From assembly GCA_965214705.1 (NCBI GenBank), contig OZ243972.1, positions 1,824,001-1,888,000 on the forward strand: DNA of 64,000 nt, given 5' to 3'. Below the pieces are notes generated by a model. The model worked only from the letters and a program-made list of their open reading frames with translations. It made no database searches and was not told where the DNA came from. Both the position numbers and the translations under genes were made by a program. Of this stretch, positions 47,979 through 58,040 are shown one piece after another (position 1 is the first letter of the stretch; each line of letters opens with the position of its first letter). Origin of the DNA: Alphaproteobacteria bacterium (GTDB taxonomy: Bacteria; Pseudomonadota; Alphaproteobacteria; UBA828).

Positions 47979-48857
47979 ATGACCGGGACCGCGTGCGACA
48001 CGAACACCGTCACCCCTCTTCGCCAGCGCATGGAGGAGCAGCTCCGCATCGCCAATCTGGCCGCGAGCACGTCCAAGGCCTACATCTGCGAGATCAAGAA
48101 CCTGGCCAGGTACTACGACGCCTCGCCGGACGAGCTCGACGCCGAGCAGGTGCGCCAGTGGTACCTGGGGCGGATCGACAAGGGGCTCAGTCCGGGCACG
48201 ACCAACGTCTCCTTCGCCGCGCTGAACTTCCTCTACATCGACACACTCGGCTGGCCTGACCATGTCGCCGGCCTGCGCTCCCGCAAGAAGCCCGGCAAGC
48301 TGCCGCGCTACATGTCGGAGCAGGAGGTCGAGCACCTCATCCTTGCGACACCCGACCTCCGCCACCGTGCTGCCATTGTCACCGGCTATGGCGGCGGGCT
48401 CCGCATCTCCGAGACCTTGGCCATCAAGGTCGGCGACATCCTGTCGGAGAAGAAGCTGCTGCACATCCCCTCCGGCAAAGGCGGCACCGAGAGAATGGCA
48501 CCGTTGCCGGACATCGTCATCCACTACTTGCGCGTCTACTACAGGAACATCTGGCCGCGTCCGACGAACTGGCTCTTCTACGGCGTCTCGCTCGACAGGC
48601 CCATCGCAACGGAGACCTTGCAGGCCGCCTTCAGGAGGGCGCGCGACATTGCCGAGCTCGACCGCAGCTACACCTTCCATTGCCTGCGCCATTCGGCGGC
48701 GACCCATCTCCTCGAGCGCGGCGGCGATATCGAGGTGATCCGGGACATGCTCGGCCATCGAAGCGCGAACACGACCCGTCACTACGCCCGCGTCACCGGC
48801 AAGATGTTCGAGGGCCTCGACCACCCGATCTCAGGCTTCGCAGCGTTGCGCAACTGA
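47979..48857 (+). CDS. Tyrosine recombinase, copy 2
   Basis: Near-identical to 44515-45393. Confidence 0.93.
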   Translation: MTGTACDTNTVTPLRQRMEEQLRIANLAASTSKAYICEIKNLARYYDASPDELDAEQVRQWYLGRIDKGLSPGTTNVSFAALNFLYIDTLGWPDHVAGLRSRKKPGKLPRYMSEQEVEHLILATPDLRHRAAIVTGYGGGLRISETLAIKVGDILSEKKLLHIPSGKGGTERMAPLPDIVIHYLRVYYRNIWPRPTNWLFYGVSLDRPIATETLQAAFRRARDIAELDRSYTFHCLRHSAATHLLERGGDIEVIRDMLGHRSANTTRHYARVTGKMFEGLDHPISGFAALRN

Positions 48858-49160
48858 CGGCGCGTGGAGGCCGAACGCGCGGGCGTGGCGGAGATCTTCC
48901 GCCGCGCCGGCGCCGCTTTCCGTGAGCGCCACAAAGGGCGCATCGACGCCGCCCGGCTCAAGGTCATGGGCGCCATCGAGGCGTGCCGCACCGCCGTGCT
49001 CGGCGGCCACATGTACGCCTGCGAGGGCTGCGGGCGCGAGCATCCGCTCTTCAGATACCATGAGCACGGTGGCACCGAATCGATTCTGGCGGTTAGACAA
49101 GCTCGGAGAGAAGGCCAGCACCTTCTCTCCGAGCGGAATCGTCAACAACGGAGTGGACGG

Positions 49161-50357
49161 ATGTCGGATGGTCCAGACACGACCGCGCTGACAGGCGCAA
49201 GTAGTAGCACGATTTATGTCGCGGTGGAGATCAGCCTCAAATCGTGGATCGTTGGCGTGCATTGCCCGGATGCCTCGGGTGGCAGCATCAGCATCCACAC
49301 ACTGGCTGCTGCCGACACGGCGGGACTGTTGGATCTCGTCGGGTCGGTGCGGGAACGGGTGGCGAGGGAGCTCGGCGCCCGTCCTCGGGTGATGCTGACC
49401 TACGAGGCGGGCTACGAGGGGTTCTGGCTTGCCCGCGATATCGAGCGCCGTGACGCGGAGATCGATATCTTCATGAACGATCCGGCGAGCCTGCGGGTGA
49501 ACCGGCGCGCCAAGAAGAAAAAGACCGACCGTATCGACGCGAGGAGGATGGTTCGGGCTCTGAAGGCATGGGACCAAGGCGATTCGGAGGCCATGTCCTG
49601 GGTGCGCGTGCCCGATGTGGACCAGGAGGATGCCAAGCGCCTGCTGCGCGAGAGGGACACGCTGATCAGCGAGCGTACCCGCGTCAACAACCGGATCAAA
49701 GGGCTCTTGCAGTTGCACGGCATCTTCGATCTGGCGCCGCGCAAGCCGGACTTCCTCGAACGCCTCGCGACCGCGCGGACGGGCTATGGGGCGCCGTTGC
49801 CGCCGCGTGCGCGGGCAGAGATTGAGAGGGCGGTGGGGATGCTTCGCCTGGTTGAGGAGCATATCGAGATGATCGAGGCCGAGAAGAGGGCCCTGCTGAA
49901 GGCTGGCCGGAAAGCCCAGGACGCGACCAATCGTGACGGGACGGCGATGATCGCGGCGCTTACGCGCATCCATGGCATCGGCCTCAATGACGCCACACTG
50001 CTGGCTGGCGAGGTGTTCTATCGGGACTTCCGCAATCGCCGGGAGTTGGGCAGCTGGGCCGGGTTGACGTCGGTGCCGTGGGCGAGCGGAGATGTCGACC
50101 ACGATCTTGGCATCAGCAAGGCCGGCCCCTCGCATGTCAGGAAGCACATGATCCAGATGGCTTGGCGCTGGCTGAAGCTGCAACCGGAAAGCGCGATCAC
50201 GAAGTGGTTCCACGCCTACGTCGCCAGGGATGCCGGTGGCGGGAGGGACCGGCGAGCGAGGAAGCGGGCGATCGTGGGGGTCGCGCGCAAGCTGCTGATC
50301 GCGCTGTGGCGCTATGCCACCCAAGGACTGGTGCCTGAGGGCGCCATCGTCTCCTGA
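49161..50357 (+). CDS. IS110-family recombinase/transposase
   Basis: VAVEIS, YEAG..GFWL, KTDRIDA, GLTSVPWASG, ISKAG, AIVGVARKLL. Confidence 0.93.
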   Translation: MSDGPDTTALTGASSSTIYVAVEISLKSWIVGVHCPDASGGSISIHTLAAADTAGLLDLVGSVRERVARELGARPRVMLTYEAGYEGFWLARDIERRDAEIDIFMNDPASLRVNRRAKKKKTDRIDARRMVRALKAWDQGDSEAMSWVRVPDVDQEDAKRLLRERDTLISERTRVNNRIKGLLQLHGIFDLAPRKPDFLERLATARTGYGAPLPPRARAEIERAVGMLRLVEEHIEMIEAEKRALLKAGRKAQDATNRDGTAMIAALTRIHGIGLNDATLLAGEVFYRDFRNRRELGSWAGLTSVPWASGDVDHDLGISKAGPSHVRKHMIQMAWRWLKLQPESAITKWFHAYVARDAGGGRDRRARKRAIVGVARKLLIALWRYATQGLVPEGAIVS

Positions 50358-50702
50358 GGGCACCGGCCGAACGAACGGGAAAATACAGGAGGTTCCGACG
50401 TGGTCGGACGCGGCCGCGGAGGATGCCGGGCAAGGCGTGTGACCGGGCAAGAGTTGGGTCGCCGCTTGGCACCGTTCTACAGATGGGTCCCGCCTCCCGG
50501 AACGTCACCACCGCTTGGATGCGGTATTGGGGTCACGGAGCCGGCAAGCGCCGGAGTTCCGAACCGGATAAGAGCTGAGCAGCGTGGCGGATCGCTGCGT
50601 GGAAACGACGTTCTGCCTGGACATCGGCCGCGGATTCGAGTGGAGAGATTGCGAATGCCATTGACGTAGATGAAGCCGGGCCTTGCGGAGAGAGCTCATA
50701 AG
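50358..50702 (+). ncRNA. Candidate bridge/seek RNA region of the IS110 element
   Basis: 3' non-coding region in the IS1111 position; contains ATAAGAG (donor junction match) and GAGTTG/GGAGTT (complement of target CAACTCC). RNA boundaries unknown. Confidence 0.55.
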
Positions 50703-50866
50703 AGCCGGCAAGCGCCGGAGTTCCGAACCGGATAAGAGCTGAGCAGCGTGGCGGATCGCTGCGTGGAAACGACGTTCTGCCTGGACATCGGCCGCGGATT
50801 CGAGTGGAGAGATTGCGAATGCCATTGACGTAGATGAAGCCGGGCCTTGCGGAGAGAGCTCATAAG
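50539..50866 (+). repeat. Tandem duplication of the 164-bp IS110 right end
   Basis: 50539-50702 repeated at 50703-50866, each ending GCTCATAAG. Confidence 0.93.
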
Positions 50867-52177
50867 AACTCCTGCCGCAACCGCCACTGCCCCACCTGCC
50901 AGGGTCTCGCCGCCAACCTCTGGAGCGAGGAGCGCGCCGGGGACATCCTGCCGGTGCCCTACTTCCATGTGGTCTTCACCCTGCCCAAGGAGGTTGCCGC
51001 CATTGCCTTCTGCAACCGCAGGGTGGTGTTCGACATCCTCTTCCGGGCCGTCGCCGAGACCCTGCGCACCATCGCCGCCGATCCCCGCCACGGCGGCATG
51101 CGCATCGGCGGCACCGCGGTCCTCCATACCTGGGATCAGAAGCTCCGCTTCCACCCGCACCTGCACGTGGTCGTGCCCAACGCGGGCTTCGACGTAGACA
51201 GTGGCGAGTGGAAGACGGGGAGCACCACCTTCCTCGCCCCCGTCAAGGTCCTCGGCAGCCTGTTCCGCCGCCTCTTCCTCGAGGAGCTCGCCCGCGCCCA
51301 CGGCCGGGGGGACCTGGAGTTCCACGGCACCCTCGCCCACCTCGCCAATCCCGGCGAGTTCCACGCCACGCTTGCCGCCGCCCGGGCCAGGGACTGGGTG
51401 GTCTACGCCAAGCGGCCCTTCCGCGGGCCTGAGCAGGTCTTCCGGTACCTCTCGCACTACACGCACAGGATCGCCATCTCCGACAGCCGCATCGTCTCCT
51501 TCGACGGCGAGACGGTCTCCTTCCGCCACCGAAAGCCCAAGGCGCCGGGGCAGAGAAAGCCGCGCTACGGCATCGCCACCGTGAGCGCCGACGAGTTCAT
51601 CCGCCGCTTCCTGAGGCACGTCCTGCCGGACGGCATGCACCGCATTCGCTACTTCGGCATCCTCGCCAACGGCTGCCGCGCCAGCACGCTGGAGAGAGCA
51701 CGCCAGGCTCTCGGCGCCCTCGGCTGCGCCGCCCCCGAGGGAAGCGTGGACGGCGCTCGGGCCGAGCCCGACGAAGAGCCCGAGATCGGCACCGCGCCCG
51801 TGGCCTGCCCCCACTGCGGCGGCGTCATGCGCCTCGTCCGCGAAATCCGCCGCCGCCATGAGCCCCGCTCGACGCGCGGCCCGCCGGCGCTGCCGCCGAC
51901 CCACAGGGGGAAACCGTGAGACGCCCGCTCGCTTCGGCCCCGCGCAACGGCGCCAAAGCGCCGACGCACGACCGAACCTGTCTCCGCTTGAGCCGGGCTG
52001 ACAGCCCTCGGCTCACACCCCGCTCAGTCCTCGCAGCGTGCGCCCGCATGCCTGCCGAAAGACCGGCGCGAGCGTCGATTTTATGCGCAACTCTGCTGCC
52101 GGTGGATGCCGCCTGACGCTGACATCAGCGCACTTTCCACATAGCTCAACTTCGCCTCTCGTGGCCCGCGGCTTCGT

Positions 52178-55100
52178 TCAAAAGGGTTGGGCAGGCTCTC
52201 GAGAGAGAGCCTGCCCAACCCTTAACCTTCCCCGGTCCCGGCTCATTCGCAGGGCGGCCTGCTTTTCCTGTTCCTGCGCGACCCTGTTGCGGATCTCCTC
52301 TTCCCGCTCCCGAACTACATCCGGGCCTGCGCCGGCGGCGCCCAGATGGGCGGCGAGTTCGTGTTGCGGCATTTCCTTCCTGATTGCCGCCGCCTCGTCG
52401 AGAACCTCCTTCTCCTTCTGCCCGCAGTCCTGCCGGGCCTGTCGACGCTCCTCGAACGAGTTGGTCGTGACGTCCATCTGCGTCAGAGCGTTCCGCGCGC
52501 GCTCGAACTCCGCGGCCCGTTCGAGGAACGCATGGACCCGATCCCGGTTGAGCGCCCAGCGTTCGTCCCTGGCGAGAAGGCCGTCGACCGTGTCGCGCAG
52601 CCTCTCCGGCAGATGCGGCCTGGCATCGAGCGAGCGGGCGCGCTCCATCAGCGCGGCATAGGCGCGGCTGTCGAAGCCGATCCCGCCCGTCTTCTCCGCC
52701 CACTGCTGCACGACCGAAGACAGCACGTCCGTCTCCCGTGCCTCGACCTCGATCAGCGCGCTGTCGAGGCGGTCCGTTCCCTCGGCCAGCGCCTTGCGCT
52801 CGGCCGGTAAGGCGGCGAGATGGGGCGCATGAGGGGCGTCGTTCGCCAGCATCGCGCGGGCCTCGGCGAGCAGGGGCTCCGCCTGCCGCCGCCAGCCGGT
52901 CAGGGCGACGAGCGTCGCGGGACGCTCGGGGCAGTCCGCCGTCAGCGCGTCAAGCCGTGCGGGCCATTCCCGGATCTGCCGGCAGACCGGTTCGCACCGG
53001 GCGTGATAGTCGAGCCATGAGGCGACAACCTCCTGCGTGCGCGCCGGCAGCGCCGCCTGCGCGGAGAGCGCCTCGGCCCGTGCCATCAGCTCTCCGTAGC
53101 GCGGCACGTGGAACGCCTCGGTCCCGGTCTCGCGCTCCTGCCGGTTTACCTCCTTCGTCAGCCACCCGAATGCCCGGTAGCTGTCTTTCCTTAGCGCATC
53201 GCTGATTTCCTCCGCCGCCTCCCGGACAGCTTCGCGCCCGCCCGGCTCGGCGTCCAGGTAGGGCGCATGGACATCTTCCGGGCGCAGCATGTCCCCGGCC
53301 ATGGCCTCCAGCTTGACCCCTTCCTCGCGCCAGGACTGCCGCGCGGGATGGTCCGGATCGAGCCCGCCGGGCTCGTCCTGCGGCAGGTCCGCCGCCTGCC
53401 ACGCCGCGATACGGCCGGGCAGGGCGCGCACCTCGTCCGCCAGCGCCGTCTGCGCCGTATCGACCTCCCGCCATTCCGCCACCCCGCGCTGCGCCTGCGC
53501 ATCGAGTCCCTCGGCGACCGCGAGCCTTTCGCCAAGCGCCGCTACCTGCCGATAGCCCGGCGCGCAAATCTCCGGGACGACGCTCTCAGCCGCCCGTTCG
53601 CGAAGCGCGTGCCACGCCCGTTCGAACCGCCCGGCATCGTCGAGGAGGCGCGTGCGTTCGAGCATATCGACGGCGTCTTCCAGACCGGCGCGTCCGCCCG
53701 GCATGGCATGGAGGTGTCGGGCCACATCGCGATGCACCACCTCATGGTGTGCCGCCACGCGGTGGGCCGCTTCGCCGTCGGCCTCCACCAGACTCCGGCC
53801 TGCCTGTAGAAGCGCGGCCCCTTCATCGCGCCAGGCAGCATGTTCGGGGAGTTGCTCCACCGGCACTCCTTGCGAGGAGGCCGCCCAGCTGAGCTCCGGC
53901 CAGCGCCGCCAATGGTCCCGGATGCCCTCGACGAGACCGCGTACCTCGCGGTCGTGCGCGAGATGCTCCTCGTGTTTCGCCAGCATGGTGTCGGTGAGGC
54001 GGCGCATGTCCTCCGGCAGGTCCTCGATCTGCGCGAGCGCAGCAGCCTGGGCCATCGTGTCCCTGTAGCCCGGGAGGAGGAACGGAACGGTGTGCGTTGC
54101 CTCGCCCTCCTGCAGAAGCGCCCGCCAGTCCGCAGCCAGCGCCGCGAACTCTTCGGGGTCCACCACGGGGGGCTCGGACAGGTCGATCCCCAGCGCCTCC
54201 AGCGCCCCGTCCTCGCTCCGGTCGTATGCCATGCTCTCGATGAGCGCGTCGCGGTCGTCGGTCAGCAGCAGGAACTCTTCAGAGACCCGGCTGATCTCGA
54301 CATGGAACAGCTCGCGGTCGACCCAGCCGCCCGCGTCCAGCACCGCGATCGCCGCACGCGCCGTCCGGCCCTGCGCAGAATGCACGGTGGAACAGTAGGC
54401 ATGATCGAGATGGCGCAACTGCGGGTCGGCAAGCGCGAGACCGAACTCCCGGCCGCCCTCGCGGAAGAGCACCCGCCTGTAGCCGATCTCCACGATCTCC
54501 GCCTCGCCGCCATTGACCAGGTCCGGCCCCCGGGGATGCCTGCCGCGGCCGGGCGGGGCCTTGCGGTTGCGCGTCCAGCGGATCATATCGCCAGCGCGCA
54601 GCTCGATCCGCTCGGTGTCGCAGACGCTCAGATAGCGCGCCGCATTGCCCGAGGGCCGGAACCGGCGCTCGCCGTCCGCATGGGCCAGCACGACCCTGCC
54701 GTCGTCGTGGCCCATGACGGTGCAGACGTCGTTCGCGCGGCAGCCGAAGACGTCGCGGTGGAACACGACGGTGTCGCCGGGCTCGTAGCTGCGGATATCG
54801 GAAGCCAGCGCACGGGTGAGCCGCCGGTCGACCAGGCGGTCGACGGCCAAGGTGCGGCCCCGCAACACGCCTTCCTCCGCGAGCCCTTCGCGCACCGCCT
54901 CGTTTGCCTGCCGGCGGATTGCGTGCGTGGGGGCGAGGATCAGGGTGTCCGCCCGCTGCTCCGGCGCCAGCGTGAGCCAGCGCCGCGCCGCCTCGATGCC
55001 GAGCTCCTCGCGGGGCGCCTCGCGCACCCGGTTGCCCAGCGCCGCGATCGCCGCGCCCGGCTCCCCCTCCCTGACGCGGCCTACCGTCGCGCGCAGCTCC

Positions 55101-57043
55101 GGGTCGCGCTGGCGCAGCACCTCGTCCATGGTCGCCGTCGCCATGCCCGCCTTCTGCAGCAGACGGAAGGGCTGGCCCGCATCCACCGCCCTCAACTGCG
55201 CGGTGTCGCCCACCAGCGCGACCCGCGCCACGTCCAGATCGCGCGCGATGCGCAGCAGCGCCTCCATGCGCACGGTGTCGATCATCGAGGCCTCGTCCAC
55301 CGCCAGCACCACGCCCCCGTACTCCTCCCGGCCCCGCGCCAGCCGCGCCGGGTCGGAGAGGTCGTTGAAGCGGGTCAGGAAGTGCTGCAGCGTCCGTGAG
55401 GGGATGTCCGCCTCTCTGGCGAGAACCCGTGCGGCGGCGGCCGAGGGCGCAAGGCCCTGTATCGTCCTGTCCCCGAGAAGCGCCTTCACCTCCCTCAGCA
55501 TAGTGGTCTTGCCGCTGCCGGCATGGCCCTGCACGCCGACCGTGAAGTCGTCCGACAGCAGCACCGTGCGGACCGCCTCCCCCTGGCCCTGCGTGAGACG
55601 CGACGCCCCGAGCCGCGCCTCCACGGCATCCGCGCCGGCCAGCGCCATTCCCCGTGAGCGCCCCGCCCGCATCGACGCCAGCACCTGGCGTTCGGCCTTC
55701 ACCGCGCGGTCGGTGACGAAGGCCCGGTCCATGCCCCGGCGTTCCGCCTCGATCAGCTCGCCGCCGGACACGAGCCGCGCGATCGCCGCGTCGACCTGGG
55801 CCAGAGTGTAGCGCCCCGGCGCGTGACCCAGCGCCACCGCCCTGATCTCGGCCTCCGGGACCGCGGTGCGCCTCTCCGCAACATGCGCCACCGCCCGCGC
55901 CACCGCCTCCAGGACTCCGCGCTCCGGTTCCTGCGACAGCTCCGCCGGTGCCGGTGAGCGAGGGGGCGTGGGATTCACCCCCGCCGACGCGGCAACGCCG
56001 TCGCGGGGCTGCCTCGGCAGCGCCGGCAGCGCCGGCGCGCGCTTCAGGCTGCGGATCTCGTTGGGAGGCAGGTCGGGCGCAGGCACGCGCGGCACTCCAA
56101 CCCGCTCGCCGGTCACCGGGTCGAGGGGCCGGGACGGCGTGAGGGCCGTCTTCTCCCGGACCAGACCCAGTGCCCGCGCCCGTTCGCGCCATTCCGGCAC
56201 CAGGTCCGCAAGGCCCTTGTCCTCCTTGCGCCGGCGCGTGTGAAGTGCCGCCATCTGCGTGTGCTTCGCCGTGTAGGACAGGTCCTGGCGCTCCAGGTAC
56301 GCAAGTATCTCGCGGCGCCTGCCCGAGAACGCGTCCAGGAAGGAGCGGTCGTAGCCCGCAAGCTCGAACCCCGGCACCCGTCCCACCAGGCTCGGCGAGA
56401 CGGCCATGCCCAGCGCCTGAAGACGCAGCGCGAGCTCGTTCCGGTAGTACGCCCCGATCAGCTTCTCGCTGCGCCGGATCTTCGTCGGCTCCACGCTCCG
56501 CCATTCCCCGGACGCATTGCGCGTCATGTTGGCCAGCACGCAGTGAGTGTGCAGCTGCGGGTCCTGATCGCGGCTCGCGAGATGCCGGAACCCCGCCACC
56601 ACCATGCCCTCCGCCTTCACCCGGGGACGGCGCCGGGTCGCGGGGTCCCAGCCCCGGGTCTGAAGGAGGTCCGCTTCCACGAAGCCCAGCGTCGCCCGCA
56701 CCGCTTCGTCATGAGCCCGGATCACGCGCCGGTCGCCCATCACCAGCGCCTCCAGCGATACCGACTTGGGCGCCGACAGGGTGATGTCCCAGCCGGGCCG
56801 GTGATCGTGCTCCCCTTCGCGCATCCGGCCGAGACGCAGGTCCGTCCCCGGCACGTATCCCGACAGCACCGATTCGAAGCGCGAGGGACGCACATGGGCC
56901 TTGAGCCCCAGCGCCTTCGCCGCGTCCCCGTACCAGAAGCTGGCCTGGCGGTGCTCGGGATCGTTCTTTGCGTAGTAGCCGTCGCGCTCGTAGTAGGTCA
57001 CCGCCATGGCGGACGAACGAAGCTCCACCACCGTGGCTACCAT
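52178..57043 (-). CDS. MOBF relaxase-helicase of the integrated element (last 3 codons displaced to 47737-47747)
   Basis: YYERDGYY, DITLSAPKSVS, HLASRDQDPQLHTH, GHAGSGKTT, DEASM, HAYCSTVHSAQGRT; long helical C-terminus. Confidence 0.93.
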   Translation of the reverse strand: MVATVVELRSSAMAVTYYERDGYYAKNDPEHRQASFWYGDAAKALGLKAHVRPSRFESVLSGYVPGTDLRLGRMREGEHDHRPGWDITLSAPKSVSLEALVMGDRRVIRAHDEAVRATLGFVEADLLQTRGWDPATRRRPRVKAEGMVVAGFRHLASRDQDPQLHTHCVLANMTRNASGEWRSVEPTKIRRSEKLIGAYYRNELALRLQALGMAVSPSLVGRVPGFELAGYDRSFLDAFSGRRREILAYLERQDLSYTAKHTQMAALHTRRRKEDKGLADLVPEWRERARALGLVREKTALTPSRPLDPVTGERVGVPRVPAPDLPPNEIRSLKRAPALPALPRQPRDGVAASAGVNPTPPRSPAPAELSQEPERGVLEAVARAVAHVAERRTAVPEAEIRAVALGHAPGRYTLAQVDAAIARLVSGGELIEAERRGMDRAFVTDRAVKAERQVLASMRAGRSRGMALAGADAVEARLGASRLTQGQGEAVRTVLLSDDFTVGVQGHAGSGKTTMLREVKALLGDRTIQGLAPSAAAARVLAREADIPSRTLQHFLTRFNDLSDPARLARGREEYGGVVLAVDEASMIDTVRMEALLRIARDLDVARVALVGDTAQLRAVDAGQPFRLLQKAGMATATMDEVLRQRDPELRATVGRVREGEPGAAIAALGNRVREAPREELGIEAARRWLTLAPEQRADTLILAPTHAIRRQANEAVREGLAEEGVLRGRTLAVDRLVDRRLTRALASDIRSYEPGDTVVFHRDVFGCRANDVCTVMGHDDGRVVLAHADGERRFRPSGNAARYLSVCDTERIELRAGDMIRWTRNRKAPPGRGRHPRGPDLVNGGEAEIVEIGYRRVLFREGGREFGLALADPQLRHLDHAYCSTVHSAQGRTARAAIAVLDAGGWVDRELFHVEISRVSEEFLLLTDDRDALIESMAYDRSEDGALEALGIDLSEPPVVDPEEFAALAADWRALLQEGEATHTVPFLLPGYRDTMAQAAALAQIEDLPEDMRRLTDTMLAKHEEHLAHDREVRGLVEGIRDHWRRWPELSWAASSQGVPVEQLPEHAAWRDEGAALLQAGRSLVEADGEAAHRVAAHHEVVHRDVARHLHAMPGGRAGLEDAVDMLERTRLLDDAGRFERAWHALRERAAESVVPEICAPGYRQVAALGERLAVAEGLDAQAQRGVAEWREVDTAQTALADEVRALPGRIAAWQAADLPQDEPGGLDPDHPARQSWREEGVKLEAMAGDMLRPEDVHAPYLDAEPGGREAVREAAEEISDALRKDSYRAFGWLTKEVNRQERETGTEAFHVPRYGELMARAEALSAQAALPARTQEVVASWLDYHARCEPVCRQIREWPARLDALTADCPERPATLVALTGWRRQAEPLLAEARAMLANDAPHAPHLAALPAERKALAEGTDRLDSALIEVEARETDVLSSVVQQWAEKTGGIGFDSRAYAALMERARSLDARPHLPERLRDTVDGLLARDERWALNRDRVHAFLERAAEFERARNALTQMDVTTNSFEERRQARQDCGQKEKEVLDEAAAIRKEMPQHELAAHLGAAGAGPDVVREREEEIRNRVAQEQEKQAALRMSRDRGRLRVGQALSREPAQPF
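52182..52223. repeat. Perfect 19-bp-stem terminal hairpin (copy 2)
   Basis: AAGGGTTGGGCAGGCTCTC-gaga-GAGAGCCTGCCCAACCCTT. Confidence 0.95.
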
Positions 57044-57085
57044 CGGCTCAGCCCCCGATTACGACCGCGCCGGGACGCCGCCGGA

Positions 57086-57751
57086 TCAACCGGACCATAG
57101 CCATCCGTAGAGGACGTGTATGCGGCTCTCGATCAGCATGCCGAAGACCAGGACGATCAACCATACGAGAACCGTCTTCAGGCCGAACTTCGGGCCGGCC
57201 GTTTGCATGAGGATGTCATAGAGAAGCCCGCGGATCGGACCGGACTGCTGGATGACTTCGGAGCGCGTCGCCGCGAGGCCCTTTTCGATCCTGGCCGCGG
57301 CCTCCCCGATCTCGGCCGCAACCCGGTCCGCGGTGGTTTCCATACCCCGGTCGACGCGGTCTGCTGCCGCTGCCGCCTTCGCCGCCGCTTCCTCGATCCT
57401 GCCGGTTTGTTCTGCGACCGCCGCCGCCGCGTCGTCCTCCCCCGACGCGGCTTCTGCCTGCGCAGCCTCGGCGACACGGGCCACGAGTCCGTCGCCGAAG
57501 GACTCGAGCGCCTCCTGAGTCAGTGGCGCAGGCACTGCCTCAGGCTCCGGCGCTGACCGTTCCGTCGACACCGCTTCTCTCAGACCGGCCACCTGCTCCC
57601 GCAGGTTCCGCACCCCGGTCAGCAGCTCCTCGATCGCGGCCGGATCGATAGTGGGCGCCGGCGGCGAAGCGGGCGGGCCGTCCGCAGGCAGGCTCGCCAG
57701 AAGGTCCGGCCGGCTCGTCCGTCCGCTCTTCCCGTCGCTCTCCGCAGTCAC
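57086..57751 (-). CDS. Hypothetical coiled-coil protein with C-terminal TM segment
   Basis: Ala/Glu-rich helices, hydrophobic tail; co-oriented directly upstream of the relaxase. Confidence 0.7.
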   Translation of the reverse strand: MTAESDGKSGRTSRPDLLASLPADGPPASPPAPTIDPAAIEELLTGVRNLREQVAGLREAVSTERSAPEPEAVPAPLTQEALESFGDGLVARVAEAAQAEAASGEDDAAAAVAEQTGRIEEAAAKAAAAADRVDRGMETTADRVAAEIGEAAARIEKGLAATRSEVIQQSGPIRGLLYDILMQTAGPKFGLKTVLVWLIVLVFGMLIESRIHVLYGWLWSG

Positions 57752-57794
57752 GGCAATTGTCCCTTCTTGCGGTCCACCTCGTGCACCTCATTCA

Positions 57795-58040
57795 TGCCGG
57801 CAGCGCACATGGAGTCCGCCTCACGAAAACCTTTCCCGGCGGGAATCCGTCTCCCCTTCGCAGGCCTGTGGCGTGACCCTTTGCTTCTGCAGTCGCGTCC
57901 CGCTGTCACGCCATTTCTCTCCCCGTTCGGTCGACCTTCGCCCACATCGTTCGTGCCGGCAGCGCACATGGTGAGCGCCTCACAGAAGCCGGTCCTGGCG
58001 GGAATCCGTTTCCCCGGCGGAGGCCTCTGGCGCGACCTCC
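57795..58040. repeat. Imperfect ~85-bp direct repeat, 159-bp period
   Basis: TGCCGGCAGCGCACATGG...GGCGGGAATCCGT at 57795 and 57954. Confidence 0.75.

Larger units (their letters stand above)
49053..50866 (+). mobile_element. IS110-family element of IS1111-type layout
   Basis: Boundaries (+/-1 nt) from comparison with uninterrupted copy 1; no TSD; subterminal IRs ATGAGC/GCTCAT 7 and 3 nt from the ends; long 3' non-coding region. Confidence 0.9.
48864..51919 (+). pseudogene. IS91-like transposase, copy 2, interrupted by IS110
   Basis: EHPLF|NSCRNRHC split between 49052 and 50867; otherwise near-identical to 43267-44508. Confidence 0.92.
47748..52227 (+). mobile_element. Tyrosine recombinase + IS91-like transposase element, copy 2 (inverted relative to copy 1)
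   Basis: Starts TTGAACGAAGCCGC, ends hairpin-AACC before TTCCCC; removal restores the relaxase tail RDRGMSM*. Confidence 0.9.

Noticed and set aside
48864-50357. Apparent IS91-IS110 fusion transposase
   Set aside because: Chance in-frame read-through from an IS110 insertion, as shown by the uninterrupted copy at 43267-44508.
52182-52223. Hairpin as a rho-independent terminator or REP
   Set aside because: Occurs only at the same end of both element copies, 4 bp from the junction, so it is better explained as a transposon end; terminator activity on one strand is not excluded.
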